Sequence record: DRR378314_212
Strand: one strand, 5' to 3'
DNA length: 64,000 bases
Positions 17,275 to 26,141 of this stretch are shown here, piece by piece (positions within the stretch are counted from its first letter, which is position 1; the number at the start of each line of letters is the position of its first letter). Below the pieces are notes generated by a model. The model did not search any database, was not told the DNA's origin, and saw only the letters and a list, made by a program, of their open reading frames with translations. Made by a program: the position numbers and the translations under genes.

Positions 17275-18417
17275 ATGATTGATCCAGAAAACACCATGGC
17301 GCTATTGGCTTGCTTGCTATTGCTTGTTTTTATTGGCTACCAGAGCGAGAAAACCAAGCTGGGCAGCACGCTCTCGGCACCCTTAATCATACTGCTGTTG
17401 AGTTTTGTGGTAGGAAATTTAGGTATTTTGCCTAATCAGGCACCGTTATACAGCAGTATTCAAGCGGTGTTGGTGCCATTAGCTATTCCCATGCTGTTAT
17501 TTAGCGCTGATCTGCGCCTGGCATTTCGCGAAAGCCGTTTTATGCTTTTTGCCTTTTTATTAGCAGTAGCCTTTACTCTAATTGGTGCGGTGGCTGGTGC
17601 TTTTGCGGTTGATATGGGAGCGGCAGAAAGTCAGTTAGTAGGCGTATTCTCCGCCAGTTATATTGGTGGCAGCGCTAATTTTGTGGCAACGGCTGTTGCG
17701 GTAAATTTCGCAGACTCATCGCTTTATACGGCAGCACTCACTGCTGATGCGCTTGGGGCTATGGTTTTCCTTACCTTACTGATGGCATTACCGGCGATAA
17801 ACTTTGTCGCTGCTCGCTTTAAAAGTAGGGAGCGAGCTCGAACCATTGACCCAAATAAAGCTGGTGAGCAGAAAGGTAATGGCATTCAGCCAGAAAAGAT
17901 TACAGAAGTTGGAGTCATTTTTTCCTTACTACTGAGCGCGGTGATTTGCACCATAGGTTTGTTTGTCGCTTCGCTATTCCCATTTTCTGGTATGTTCATT
18001 ATTGCGATAACGCTGTTGTCACTGATAGTTGCTAACTTTATGCCCGCTATAGTCACCAGAAAAATTCAGTTTGATTACCATTTGGGAACCATCTTTATGT
18101 ACGTGTTTTTCGCTACCATAGGGTTTGGCGCCGACTTAGGCGCAATGGTAGACGTAGCACTTCCCATGGTGGCTTTTCTGGTAATTCTTGTTCTGGTACA
18201 TATTATCTTGCTGGTTTGGCTTGGTGCCCGGTTCAAGTTTAGCCTGGCGGAAATGATGATAGCCTCAAGTGCTTGTATTCTCGGCCCGGCCGCTGCTGCG
18301 GCACTGGCTGCCAGTAAAGGTTGGCGTCACCTTGTCACCCCAGGAATGCTGGTTGGTGTGTTGGGTTATGCCATCGCCACCTTCATTGGTATAACGATTA
18401 CTGCGATACTGTCTTGA
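17275..18417 (+). CDS. DUF819 (YjcL-like) family membrane transporter
   Basis: PLAIPMLLFSADL, SYIGGSANF and S.ACILGP motifs, about 11 TM helices. Confidence 0.82.
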   Translation: MIDPENTMALLACLLLLVFIGYQSEKTKLGSTLSAPLIILLLSFVVGNLGILPNQAPLYSSIQAVLVPLAIPMLLFSADLRLAFRESRFMLFAFLLAVAFTLIGAVAGAFAVDMGAAESQLVGVFSASYIGGSANFVATAVAVNFADSSLYTAALTADALGAMVFLTLLMALPAINFVAARFKSRERARTIDPNKAGEQKGNGIQPEKITEVGVIFSLLLSAVICTIGLFVASLFPFSGMFIIAITLLSLIVANFMPAIVTRKIQFDYHLGTIFMYVFFATIGFGADLGAMVDVALPMVAFLVILVLVHIILLVWLGARFKFSLAEMMIASSACILGPAAAAALAASKGWRHLVTPGMLVGVLGYAIATFIGITITAILS

Positions 18418-18462
18418 GTAAACAGGGGAGTAGCTTAAGAAGCGTTCGGGCACCTCATTGCA

Positions 18463-19773
18463 CTATAAATCATTGGCGAAGCGTTCAACCGCGTTGACCA
18501 CCTGCTTAGCTCCTTCCCGAATCTCGACAATGACGGCACCCGACTGGTTGGCTAATTCCAGGCCTTGTTCTGCCTCCTCTCGGGTACTGGACATTTGACG
18601 CATCACTTCATCAGAGAGAGTCTGGTTTTTCTCGACGACTCTTACAATCTCTTCTGTGGCTTTACTGGTACGAGCTGCCAAGTTCCGAACCTCGTCGGCA
18701 ACCACGGCAAACCCGCGCCCTTGTTCACCGGCTCTGGCGGCCTCAATAGCGGCGTTTAGTGCCAGCAGGTTTGTCTGCTCTGCGATGCCTCCGATGGTTT
18801 GTACTATGGCGTTTATCTGCAGGGATTGTTTACCCAGCGCTTCAATGCTCTCGCTCGTCCCTTGCATTTGTCTGGCTATCTGCTGCATGGTTTCGACCGT
18901 CTTCTGAACCACAGCGGAGCCTTTTTGGGCGCTTACATCAGTTTGTTGTGAAACGTCGTAGGCGACGCTTGCACCTTCTCTTACTTGAGCTTCCCGTTCC
19001 ACTTGGTCGGTGACCACACTGGCAAATTTCACAACCTTAGATAAGTTGTCCTCGGCGTCGTAAACCGGGTTATAAGTAGCCTCAAGCCACACTTCATGAC
19101 CACGGCTGTCGACTCGCTTGAAACGGTCCGCTACGTACTCACCGTTGTTTAGTTTTTTCCAGAAGGCGGCGTATTCGGGCGACTCAACCTCTTCCGGTGT
19201 ACAGAATATACGGTGGTGCTTGCCTGCAATCTGTTCGAGCCGGTATCCCATGGCCTCTTGAAACTGTTCGTTTGCGGTAATTACGGTACCATCAAGGTTG
19301 AACTGAATAACTGCAGTGGAGCGGATCAGCGCATCAATGAATGCTTCACTCTCTTTTTTGCCTTCAATGGTTTTGGTTACATCGCGGCCATACCCCTGTA
19401 CATGGGATAGTTTGCCGTCTGCGTTCTGTATCGGAAGCCAACTGATACGGAGCCAGGCGAGGGAGTCATCAGCACGCAAGTAGCGGTAGTCATCGCTTAT
19501 CGGTGCGAGCTTTGCAACGGCCTGATTAAAGTCTCGAAAACAAGCTAGCTTCGGAACGTAAGCTGGCACAATCTCTGACATGGGTCGCCCTAACAGCTGT
19601 TCGCGTTGGTAGCCAAGAACATCAGCAAAGCTTTGGTTTACGGCAGATATGCAGAAGTCGGAGTTCAGTGTGATGGACAGCATACCCCGATCCATCTGGC
19701 TAGCCAGTTGGCGGAGCATCGCTAATTCTTCACGCTGATCTTCGAATTCATTTTTGAGGCGGCGATTAAACAT
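18463..19773 (-). CDS. Cytoplasmic methyl-accepting chemotaxis protein with two PAS/PAC domains (BdlA/Aer-like)
   Basis: Two PAS domains ([15 protein letters not shown]), [34 protein letters not shown] signalling hairpin, no TM segments. Confidence 0.92.
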   Translation of the reverse strand: MFNRRLKNEFEDQREELAMLRQLASQMDRGMLSITLNSDFCISAVNQSFADVLGYQREQLLGRPMSEIVPAYVPKLACFRDFNQAVAKLAPISDDYRYLRADDSLAWLRISWLPIQNADGKLSHVQGYGRDVTKTIEGKKESEAFIDALIRSTAVIQFNLDGTVITANEQFQEAMGYRLEQIAGKHHRIFCTPEEVESPEYAAFWKKLNNGEYVADRFKRVDSRGHEVWLEATYNPVYDAEDNLSKVVKFASVVTDQVEREAQVREGASVAYDVSQQTDVSAQKGSAVVQKTVETMQQIARQMQGTSESIEALGKQSLQINAIVQTIGGIAEQTNLLALNAAIEAARAGEQGRGFAVVADEVRNLAARTSKATEEIVRVVEKNQTLSDEVMRQMSSTREEAEQGLELANQSGAVIVEIREGAKQVVNAVERFANDL

Positions 19774-19950
19774 CTGGATATTCCAGTTAACAATAATTCA
19801 TCTTTATCGGCAGGTCTAACCAGCTCTTGAGCTTACGGCCAAGAAAACGCATGAGTATGTAGCCTTTATTGTAAAAGATGTTGCTACTGCGCAGATGACT
19901 GCGTACTTTAAAATATTTGAAAATCGGCTACACGGTGTCGAGACCTTATT

Positions 19951-20526
19951 ATGAAACGACTGACAATTTTGACAGCTCTGGCCTCTTTATTGCTCGCTGG
20001 TTGCGGGCATTACAACTATGCCGTAAAGCGGGATGGGTCACCTGTTCCCTATAAAAATAAGTATGCTGACAATGATGGCAACCAGTACGAGTTTTACAGC
20101 ACTCTTTATAAAGTAAACGCAGACAGTCGATTTAGCGATCTGGTTGAGATTACGCATTTGAACGATGTGTACAATAGTCATCAAGGAACTCCCGAGTCGA
20201 CCTGGAGAAAATCATTTTTAAGCTTCAATTTGAGTGATGAGTCCGGCGTAGAGGTTATACCCGGGTCGGTGGTTCTGGAGCACTATTCTGAATCGGGTGA
20301 ACGCATCATGCCGTCAAAGGTTGAGTCCACTGTATCTAAATGCGCGGGTAAGGTGGGTTGCCGGGAGTCTGTTGTTCTGCACTACGAAAAGGGCATGCCT
20401 GAAAAGCTCCTGGAAAAAGTCAGTTTTAAGCTCATCGTTAATGGAAAAGAAAAAACCGTTTCTTATACGCTTCCACTTGAGTACAAATATCAATACTCGT
20501 TTTGGGACGTTATGATGGGAGTTTAA
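19951..20526 (+). CDS. Hypothetical lipoprotein
   Basis: MKR plus hydrophobic core plus LAGC lipobox. Confidence 0.75.
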   Translation: MKRLTILTALASLLLAGCGHYNYAVKRDGSPVPYKNKYADNDGNQYEFYSTLYKVNADSRFSDLVEITHLNDVYNSHQGTPESTWRKSFLSFNLSDESGVEVIPGSVVLEHYSESGERIMPSKVESTVSKCAGKVGCRESVVLHYEKGMPEKLLEKVSFKLIVNGKEKTVSYTLPLEYKYQYSFWDVMMGV

Positions 20527-20550
20527 GCAACAGCTTAACCTCAAGCTCTA

Positions 20551-20838
20551 CTACGCGGCAACGAGTTTCTTAACCTTGAGTTCTTTACGATGTTGCTCGG
20601 CATGCCAAAGTTCATATTGAGACTGCTGGTTTAGCCAGCTTTCTGCCGAAGTATTAAATGCGATTGAGAGCCTGATAGCCATTTCAGGGCTAATACCAGC
20701 CTTGCCGTTCAGCAACGCACTTAACGTTTTCCGGCTTACGCCCAAAGCTTCCGCTGCAGCGGTTACAGATAAGCCAAGAGGCTCGAGACAAAGCTCTCGT
20801 ACAACTTCGCCAGGGTGGGGTGGATTGTGCATCAACAT
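20551..20838 (-). CDS. higA: HigA family antitoxin (XRE HTH)
   Basis: MHNPPHPGE start, [20 protein letters not shown]. Confidence 0.9.
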   Translation of the reverse strand: MLMHNPPHPGEVVRELCLEPLGLSVTAAAEALGVSRKTLSALLNGKAGISPEMAIRLSIAFNTSAESWLNQQSQYELWHAEQHRKELKVKKLVAA

Positions 20839-20847
20839 ACGAATACC

Positions 20848-20895
20848 TCAGTGATAATCTTCATAATTTACTATCTCGGCGTCTCCATCCTAAAA
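20848..20895 (-). pseudogene. higB: C-terminal remnant of HigB toxin
   Basis: Minus strand reads F*DGDAEIVNYEDYH*, the typical HigB/killer-protein C-terminus, ending 10 bp before higA. The rest of the gene is absent. Confidence 0.75.
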
Positions 20896-20969
20896 CTGTG
20901 CCCTGTAACGTATCGGGTGTCAATATTTCTAGTTTCTGTATATTACGTATGAACATCTTGCTTGGAAAG

Positions 20970-21845
20970 TCATTCACCCTCCACACCCTCCCGAATTCGT
21001 AAAAAGCTGGCAAAGCGCGGCACGCCATTATTGGTATAACCGTGGTACTTGTAGGTAACGATACTGCCGACAGGCGGAGGGTTGGCACGTTCGGCGTCGG
21101 AGAACCCTGTACCAATAGAAAACTCAATGCCTTGTTGATTACGAACGCGCAGCGCACCGAGCATGTCGGTGTATTTACCTTTGCCCGGTAAATGGGCGAT
21201 AACCTCTGCCTCTTCATCGAAATAGGGTTTTAATTTTAATAAAGCATCGCTTCTGCCCGACTGATGAAGCGCCGTTGCCAAATGCAGAATCAGGCCTTCT
21301 GCGCCATCTTCAACCATAGCTTGCAAGTGTTTGCTTAACTCGTGATTGGAATGAAACCGTTGCTGCTTAACCGGCTTAATATGCTCAGCATTTATTTGCG
21401 CAATTAAGTTTGAATAGTTTTTGTATCGCTCCTCGAAAGGCAGTTGCGTGTCAGGCATATCAAACACCATATATTTCACTTGCCGCCAGCGGCTATCCCT
21501 TGGTGTTTGGGTTCGCACAATAGAACTTAATTCCTCAAAATTCTGGCGTTTTGTCCACAGCTCACCGTCAAGCCAAACGGCGGGTAGCGGTGCAGTAAAC
21601 CATTCCGGAGCTGATATCAGGTTGCCTTGTCGGGTCAGTAGTTGCGATCCTGTCCAAATGGCCCGGATACCATCGTATTTTTCACTTACTAAGTAGTTGC
21701 TAATGGGGATGGTATTGTCCTTTTCATACACTTTTGCCAGCTGAGTTTGCGTTGAGGTCTGCAACGCGGCTGCAGGAAAGGCACAAAAGGCAGCGATAAA
21801 AAATACCACTAAATAAACAAGATGAATTCTAGAGAGTTTTGGCAT
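20970..21845 (-). CDS. ATP-dependent DNA ligase, minimal periplasmic Lig E type
   Basis: SEKYDG (KxDG), LDGELW, VFD, EGLIL, LLKLK, IGTGFSD and PRF motifs, with an N-terminal signal peptide. Confidence 0.9.
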   Translation of the reverse strand: MPKLSRIHLVYLVVFFIAAFCAFPAAALQTSTQTQLAKVYEKDNTIPISNYLVSEKYDGIRAIWTGSQLLTRQGNLISAPEWFTAPLPAVWLDGELWTKRQNFEELSSIVRTQTPRDSRWRQVKYMVFDMPDTQLPFEERYKNYSNLIAQINAEHIKPVKQQRFHSNHELSKHLQAMVEDGAEGLILHLATALHQSGRSDALLKLKPYFDEEAEVIAHLPGKGKYTDMLGALRVRNQQGIEFSIGTGFSDAERANPPPVGSIVTYKYHGYTNNGVPRFASFLRIREGVEGE

Positions 21846-21973
21846 CCTTGCCTCTTATTTTGGAGCGAGTTGCAGCGCGTCTGCGCCAAGTATCATAAAG
21901 AGACTAGCACTGCTTACTAAGGTTGGCTGCATGCCAATGTCGCATTATGAGCTAAGCAAAATGGTTATTGTTT

Positions 21974-23098
21974 TTACAATGCGGCCGAAGACAGAAAAAC
22001 CAGAAGTGCTGCCACGCATGGGAACAACAGAAACCACTGCGGGCGCAGTAATATGCCAAGCGCTGTGCTGATATAAAACAACAGCCATAATGCCCATTGT
22101 TGCTCTGTAAAAATACCCGATAGCAGGATAAGCAACACGCCTGCCAGCGCTTTAACAAACGCATAAATAATGCTTTTACTCAGCTGAATTGACTGCTTCT
22201 CCGGCAAGCTGCCTAAATACAATTGATAGTGTTTTCTAAGTGCCTGGGTTCCAAACAAGCTACTTGCCAACAACAGGGCGCTGACAAAACTAACTAAATT
22301 AAGAAAGTAAGGCTGCACTTCGAGTGCCATTTGAGAGGTGCTAAGGCGAGTGATCGCTATGAGCAGTAGCAAAGTCACCAGTCTTAACTTCTCTCCGTTG
22401 GGGGATGCAATGTCGGCTTGTAAAAGCAGCCGAAACAGTCCTTTCGGCCATTCCCCGAGTGTTATTGTGAAGCTTGGTATAAAACGCTCAATCAGAACTG
22501 CGGCGCTCCACAGTAGCAGCCATTCGGGTTTGGTTAATTCCCAGGGCAATGCAAAAGCGATGAAAGGAAAAAGCAGCAAGCTAAACCAGGGAAGTCTGTT
22601 GTTAACAGCAACAAAACCGTAATAAGCTGCGAAGAGCACGACACCCGTTAAAGGAATGAGCTCAAACCAAAGCTGCCCGTCGCCGGACAGGAGTCTGCCG
22701 CTTTGCTGGAACAGCACAATAAGCAGTAAAGCCAGCGGCCCCAGAATAAAAAAGTTTGCTCCGTACAGTATTAACCCCAAGTTACTGAAGGATTTGACGA
22801 GCGGCCTGGTCGGCAATGATTTTATATAAAGCTGGTAGTGGGTGGCGCAAATACCGTCCCGCTGAAAACTCATCCAGCTATACAGCAACAACAAATAGCC
22901 CCATAGGGTGTTCAGATAAACCGATGCGCTGGTTTCCGGGCTGGCCAGAATGCCTATCGACAAAAGCGGCAGCATAATAAGCACCGGCAGGGCGAGAGGA
23001 AATAGAGCCACCAGTCCCATGCTAATTTGTCTCAGGCTGTCCAACCACTGCTTCAGAGACTCATGGTAAATTCTGATTCGAAATAACCAGTAACTCAC
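21974..23098 (-). CDS. Polytopic membrane protein, putative ABC exporter permease
   Basis: Highly hydrophobic 374-aa ORF overlapping the upstream ABC ATPase by 4 bp. Confidence 0.65.
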   Translation of the reverse strand: MSYWLFRIRIYHESLKQWLDSLRQISMGLVALFPLALPVLIMLPLLSIGILASPETSASVYLNTLWGYLLLLYSWMSFQRDGICATHYQLYIKSLPTRPLVKSFSNLGLILYGANFFILGPLALLLIVLFQQSGRLLSGDGQLWFELIPLTGVVLFAAYYGFVAVNNRLPWFSLLLFPFIAFALPWELTKPEWLLLWSAAVLIERFIPSFTITLGEWPKGLFRLLLQADIASPNGEKLRLVTLLLLIAITRLSTSQMALEVQPYFLNLVSFVSALLLASSLFGTQALRKHYQLYLGSLPEKQSIQLSKSIIYAFVKALAGVLLILLSGIFTEQQWALWLLFYISTALGILLRPQWFLLFPCVAALLVFLSSAAL

Positions 23099-23697
23099 AC
23101 CGCACCATCAATGATATTTTCCAGAGCGATGTGCTGCACGTCGGTATTGTCCGCAAATACAACCTCATGGCTGGCGACAATAATCTGACCCGGATAATTG
23201 CTCAAAACTTTTTCCAGTACCGCGCGGGTTTGGTCATCAAGTCCATTACCGGGTTCATCCAGTAGTAGTAACTCCGGCTGGTGCATCAAGGCGGTAATTA
23301 AACTCAGCTTTTTATAATTACCCAGCGAGAGGTTGGACACTTTAGTTGCCAGGTATGGCTCCAGCCCAAACTCGCTAGTCCAGTTGTTAGCAGGGCAGTT
23401 AAATTGCAGCGCGTGAAATTTAAGTAACTCCTTCACCGTCATAAATGCCGGTAGGGCAACTTTGCTGGCGCTTATGCCTATGTTCTTTTTACTGCTTGCC
23501 AGAAGAACATTTTGCTTCTGATAGGTAATTTCCCCTTCTCGCGGGGAGATAAGCCCTGCCGCTAATAAAAGCAGAGTGGTTTTGCCAATGCCATTGGGGC
23601 CGGTAATGCAAACGCGGGGCGCATCAACAGTTAAGGATAAATGACGGAAAATACACCGATGCCCGTTAAACTGGCTGACCTTGTCGAAAACTAACAA
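23095..23697 (-). CDS. ABC transporter ATP-binding protein
   Basis: Walker A GPNGIGKTT, signature-like LSLGN, Walker B LLLLDEP, H-loop VASH. Confidence 0.88.
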   Translation of the reverse strand: MLVFDKVSQFNGHRCIFRHLSLTVDAPRVCITGPNGIGKTTLLLLAAGLISPREGEITYQKQNVLLASSKKNIGISASKVALPAFMTVKELLKFHALQFNCPANNWTSEFGLEPYLATKVSNLSLGNYKKLSLITALMHQPELLLLDEPGNGLDDQTRAVLEKVLSNYPGQIIVASHEVVFADNTDVQHIALENIIDGAV

Positions 23698-23881
23698 CTG
23701 CTGAGATTCCTTAGCTGATGAATGGTTTATGTTTTTGTTATAGAGACTTAACTTTATACCATTGATGACCTGCGGGGAAAATAAGCCTTAGGCATTTGCA
23801 AACCGATTTTCGCATTACATTATGAGTCAAATACTCAAAAGCAGCATATAATAAGATGTAATTCGCAAAACGGTGGTTCTA

Positions 23882-24280
23882 ATGTCAGAGCAAAGTTTAA
23901 AACTTATTATCTTCTTCGACGGTGGATGCCCGTTATGCGTGAAAGAAATGCGTCATTTAAGGAATCTGGATGAACAAAGAAAGATCCAGTTTGAGAATAT
24001 TAACGAGCCGGATTTTAATCAGCGCTATCCTGCAGTAGACGTTGCTAAGGCTAACCAGTATTTACACGGGCAGACTCGCTCTGGTGAAATGATTTATGGT
24101 CTGGATGTAACCTACGCGGCCTGGTCGCAGGTGGGTAAAGGCTGGATGATCGCGCCTTTACGCTGGCCTGTCATTCGTTGGTTTGCCGATAAAGCCTACC
24201 TATTTTTCGCGCGTTACCGTAATCGTATTTCCAGGCTACTAACAGGTAAAGAGCGTTGCTCGCAGTGCTCTATTGACTGA
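23882..24280 (+). CDS. DCC1-like thiol-disulfide oxidoreductase (DUF393)
   Basis: FFDGGCPLC (DxxCxxC) motif and Y..FA.YR. Confidence 0.88.
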   Translation: MSEQSLKLIIFFDGGCPLCVKEMRHLRNLDEQRKIQFENINEPDFNQRYPAVDVAKANQYLHGQTRSGEMIYGLDVTYAAWSQVGKGWMIAPLRWPVIRWFADKAYLFFARYRNRISRLLTGKERCSQCSID

Positions 24281-24321
24281 TATATTCTAACCAAAGAGAT
24301 GATAACAAGAGTACTTTCGAC

Positions 24322-25302
24322 ATGAAGAAACAATATCTGGTGTTATTGCTGGCGCCAATGATAAGCGTGGCAGCCGATGATCCTCCGAAAGTTAGTGCAC
24401 AAGAGTTTGTGAATTTACAGCAGGGAGAAACCGCCCATGAAGGCTTCCGCAGAGCTCACGCAAAAGGTATTTGCCTTAGTGGTGAGTTTCGTTCAAACGG
24501 ACAGTTAGCCAGCTATTCAAAAGCGGCACTATTTGAAACGGGATCCATGCCTTTTATCGGGCGTTTTTCTGTTGCCGGGAATAATCCAACAGCGCCTGAC
24601 TTAAAAGCACCGGTGCGCAGTTTGGCCTTGAGCTTTGCCATGAGCCCTACCCAGCAATGGCGGATCGCGATGAATACGCCGCCCGTTATGGCGGTTAAAG
24701 ACCCGCATACGTTTTACCAGCAAATTCAGGCGATTCAGGCAGGCCCCAAAGCAATACAAGCGTTTTTTGCCGAACACCCTGAGAGCAATGACTTTTTAAG
24801 CTGGAAAGCGCAGTACCAACCCAGTGGAAGTTTTGCAGCCGAAACTTATAACAGCATTAACGCGTTTTATTTGGTGAATTCAAAGGGTGAAAAGCAAGCC
24901 GTACGCTGGACTATGCAACCGACGGTTTCAGTTTCTGCTGGCAATTTAGAAGGTGTGGATGCTCTGCACCAAGAAATTACCAACCGGGTAGCGAAAGAAA
25001 ATGTCATTTTCGACTGGTTTTTTACGTTGGCAAATGAGAAAGATGACGAGAACAATCCATCGAAAGCATGGCCGGACAGCCGTGAGCAGATTACGGCGGG
25101 GCAAATTGTTATTACCGGGGTAACGCCGCAGTTACAGGGTGAATGCCACGGTATTAATTACGACCCTCTGGTGTTACCAACTGGTATTGAAGCAACCCGT
25201 GATCCCATACTACGGGCTCGTTCCGCGGCTTATGCTGAGTCTTATCGTCGCAGAGCAAAAGAAGTGTTAATGGGCGAGCTGGAGGAACAGGGCAATGAAT
25301 AA
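24322..25302 (+). CDS. Catalase-related heme peroxidase (SrpA-like), exported
   Basis: RRAHAKG distal His, GRFS, RSAAYAES proximal Tyr, short signal peptide. Confidence 0.88.
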   Translation: MKKQYLVLLLAPMISVAADDPPKVSAQEFVNLQQGETAHEGFRRAHAKGICLSGEFRSNGQLASYSKAALFETGSMPFIGRFSVAGNNPTAPDLKAPVRSLALSFAMSPTQQWRIAMNTPPVMAVKDPHTFYQQIQAIQAGPKAIQAFFAEHPESNDFLSWKAQYQPSGSFAAETYNSINAFYLVNSKGEKQAVRWTMQPTVSVSAGNLEGVDALHQEITNRVAKENVIFDWFFTLANEKDDENNPSKAWPDSREQITAGQIVITGVTPQLQGECHGINYDPLVLPTGIEATRDPILRARSAAYAESYRRRAKEVLMGELEEQGNE

Positions 25303-25819
25303 CACACAAAAATTTTCCTTGTCGATGCGCTTGTTTCATTGGGCGATGGCGGCTTTGGTTATTTCGATGCTGGCAGCTGGTTTATTGATGGTTCGTTCTT
25401 TAGAGCCTTGGCAGTTAAGCATTTTAACCGTGCACAAAGCCTTTGGTGTTGTGGCTGCCGTACTGGTTATTGCTCGTTTAGTTAATCGTTTGTTCCATCA
25501 AATTCCGGCACTACCCGGAGACTTATCAAGCTTGCAGAAATTTGTCGCTAAGGCTTCTCATTGGCTGCTTTATTTGCTGTTGTTCGCCATGCCAATTTCC
25601 GGGTATTTAATGCAGTACTTTGCCGGGCGTCCAATTGACGTATTTGGCTGGTTCCGCTTACCGGCTGCGCTTAATGTCGATATTGAGAACTATGCCATAT
25701 TCCGGGAACTGCACGGCTGGCTGGCAATCGCACTTATGGCACTGGTTGCTTTGCACGTTGCTGCGGCCTTGCATCATCACTTTATCCGCAAGGACAAGGT
25801 TCTGAAAAGTATGCTTTAG
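25295..25819 (+). CDS. Cytochrome b561 family protein
   Basis: FHW, HKAFG, SHWLLY, ELHG and LHVAAALHH heme-ligand His pattern, 4 TM. Confidence 0.9.
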   Translation: MNNTQKFSLSMRLFHWAMAALVISMLAAGLLMVRSLEPWQLSILTVHKAFGVVAAVLVIARLVNRLFHQIPALPGDLSSLQKFVAKASHWLLYLLLFAMPISGYLMQYFAGRPIDVFGWFRLPAALNVDIENYAIFRELHGWLAIALMALVALHVAAALHHHFIRKDKVLKSML

Positions 25820-25830
25820 TAGGTTATTGC

Positions 25831-26082
25831 CTAACGCTGTTTATATTGTGTTGGACAGTAGCCTCGTAAAACTCCCGCGGGGCGTAATTTGCGATGTTTG
25901 GTATTGCGCCCCGACACACGTTCCCGCCACAAGCGGAAGCTGCCGGGCTTAAGTTGCGAACGCATAAACTTCACAACCTGCTTTTCCTGCAGACCAAATT
26001 GCTCTTCAATAGCTTCAAATGGCGTGCGGTCTTCCCACGCCATTTCTATAACGCGTGATACTTCAGATTCAGTCAGGTTCAT
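25831..26082 (-). CDS. TIGR03643/DUF2805 family protein
   Basis: IEMAWEDRTPFEAI...SFRLWRERVSGR.TKH signature. Confidence 0.85.
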   Translation of the reverse strand: MNLTESEVSRVIEMAWEDRTPFEAIEEQFGLQEKQVVKFMRSQLKPGSFRLWRERVSGRNTKHRKLRPAGVLRGYCPTQYKQR

Positions 26083-26141
26083 AAACAGGCTACTTAGTTG
26101 TTTTTATTCAATTACGTTAGCCTTTGTGAATCAGATCTTTG

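Noticed and set aside
20861-21217. 118-aa minus-strand ORF upstream of higA as a possible toxin
   Set aside because: Mostly overlaps the DNA ligase in another frame and has no RelE/HigB features. The true higB remnant is in a different frame.
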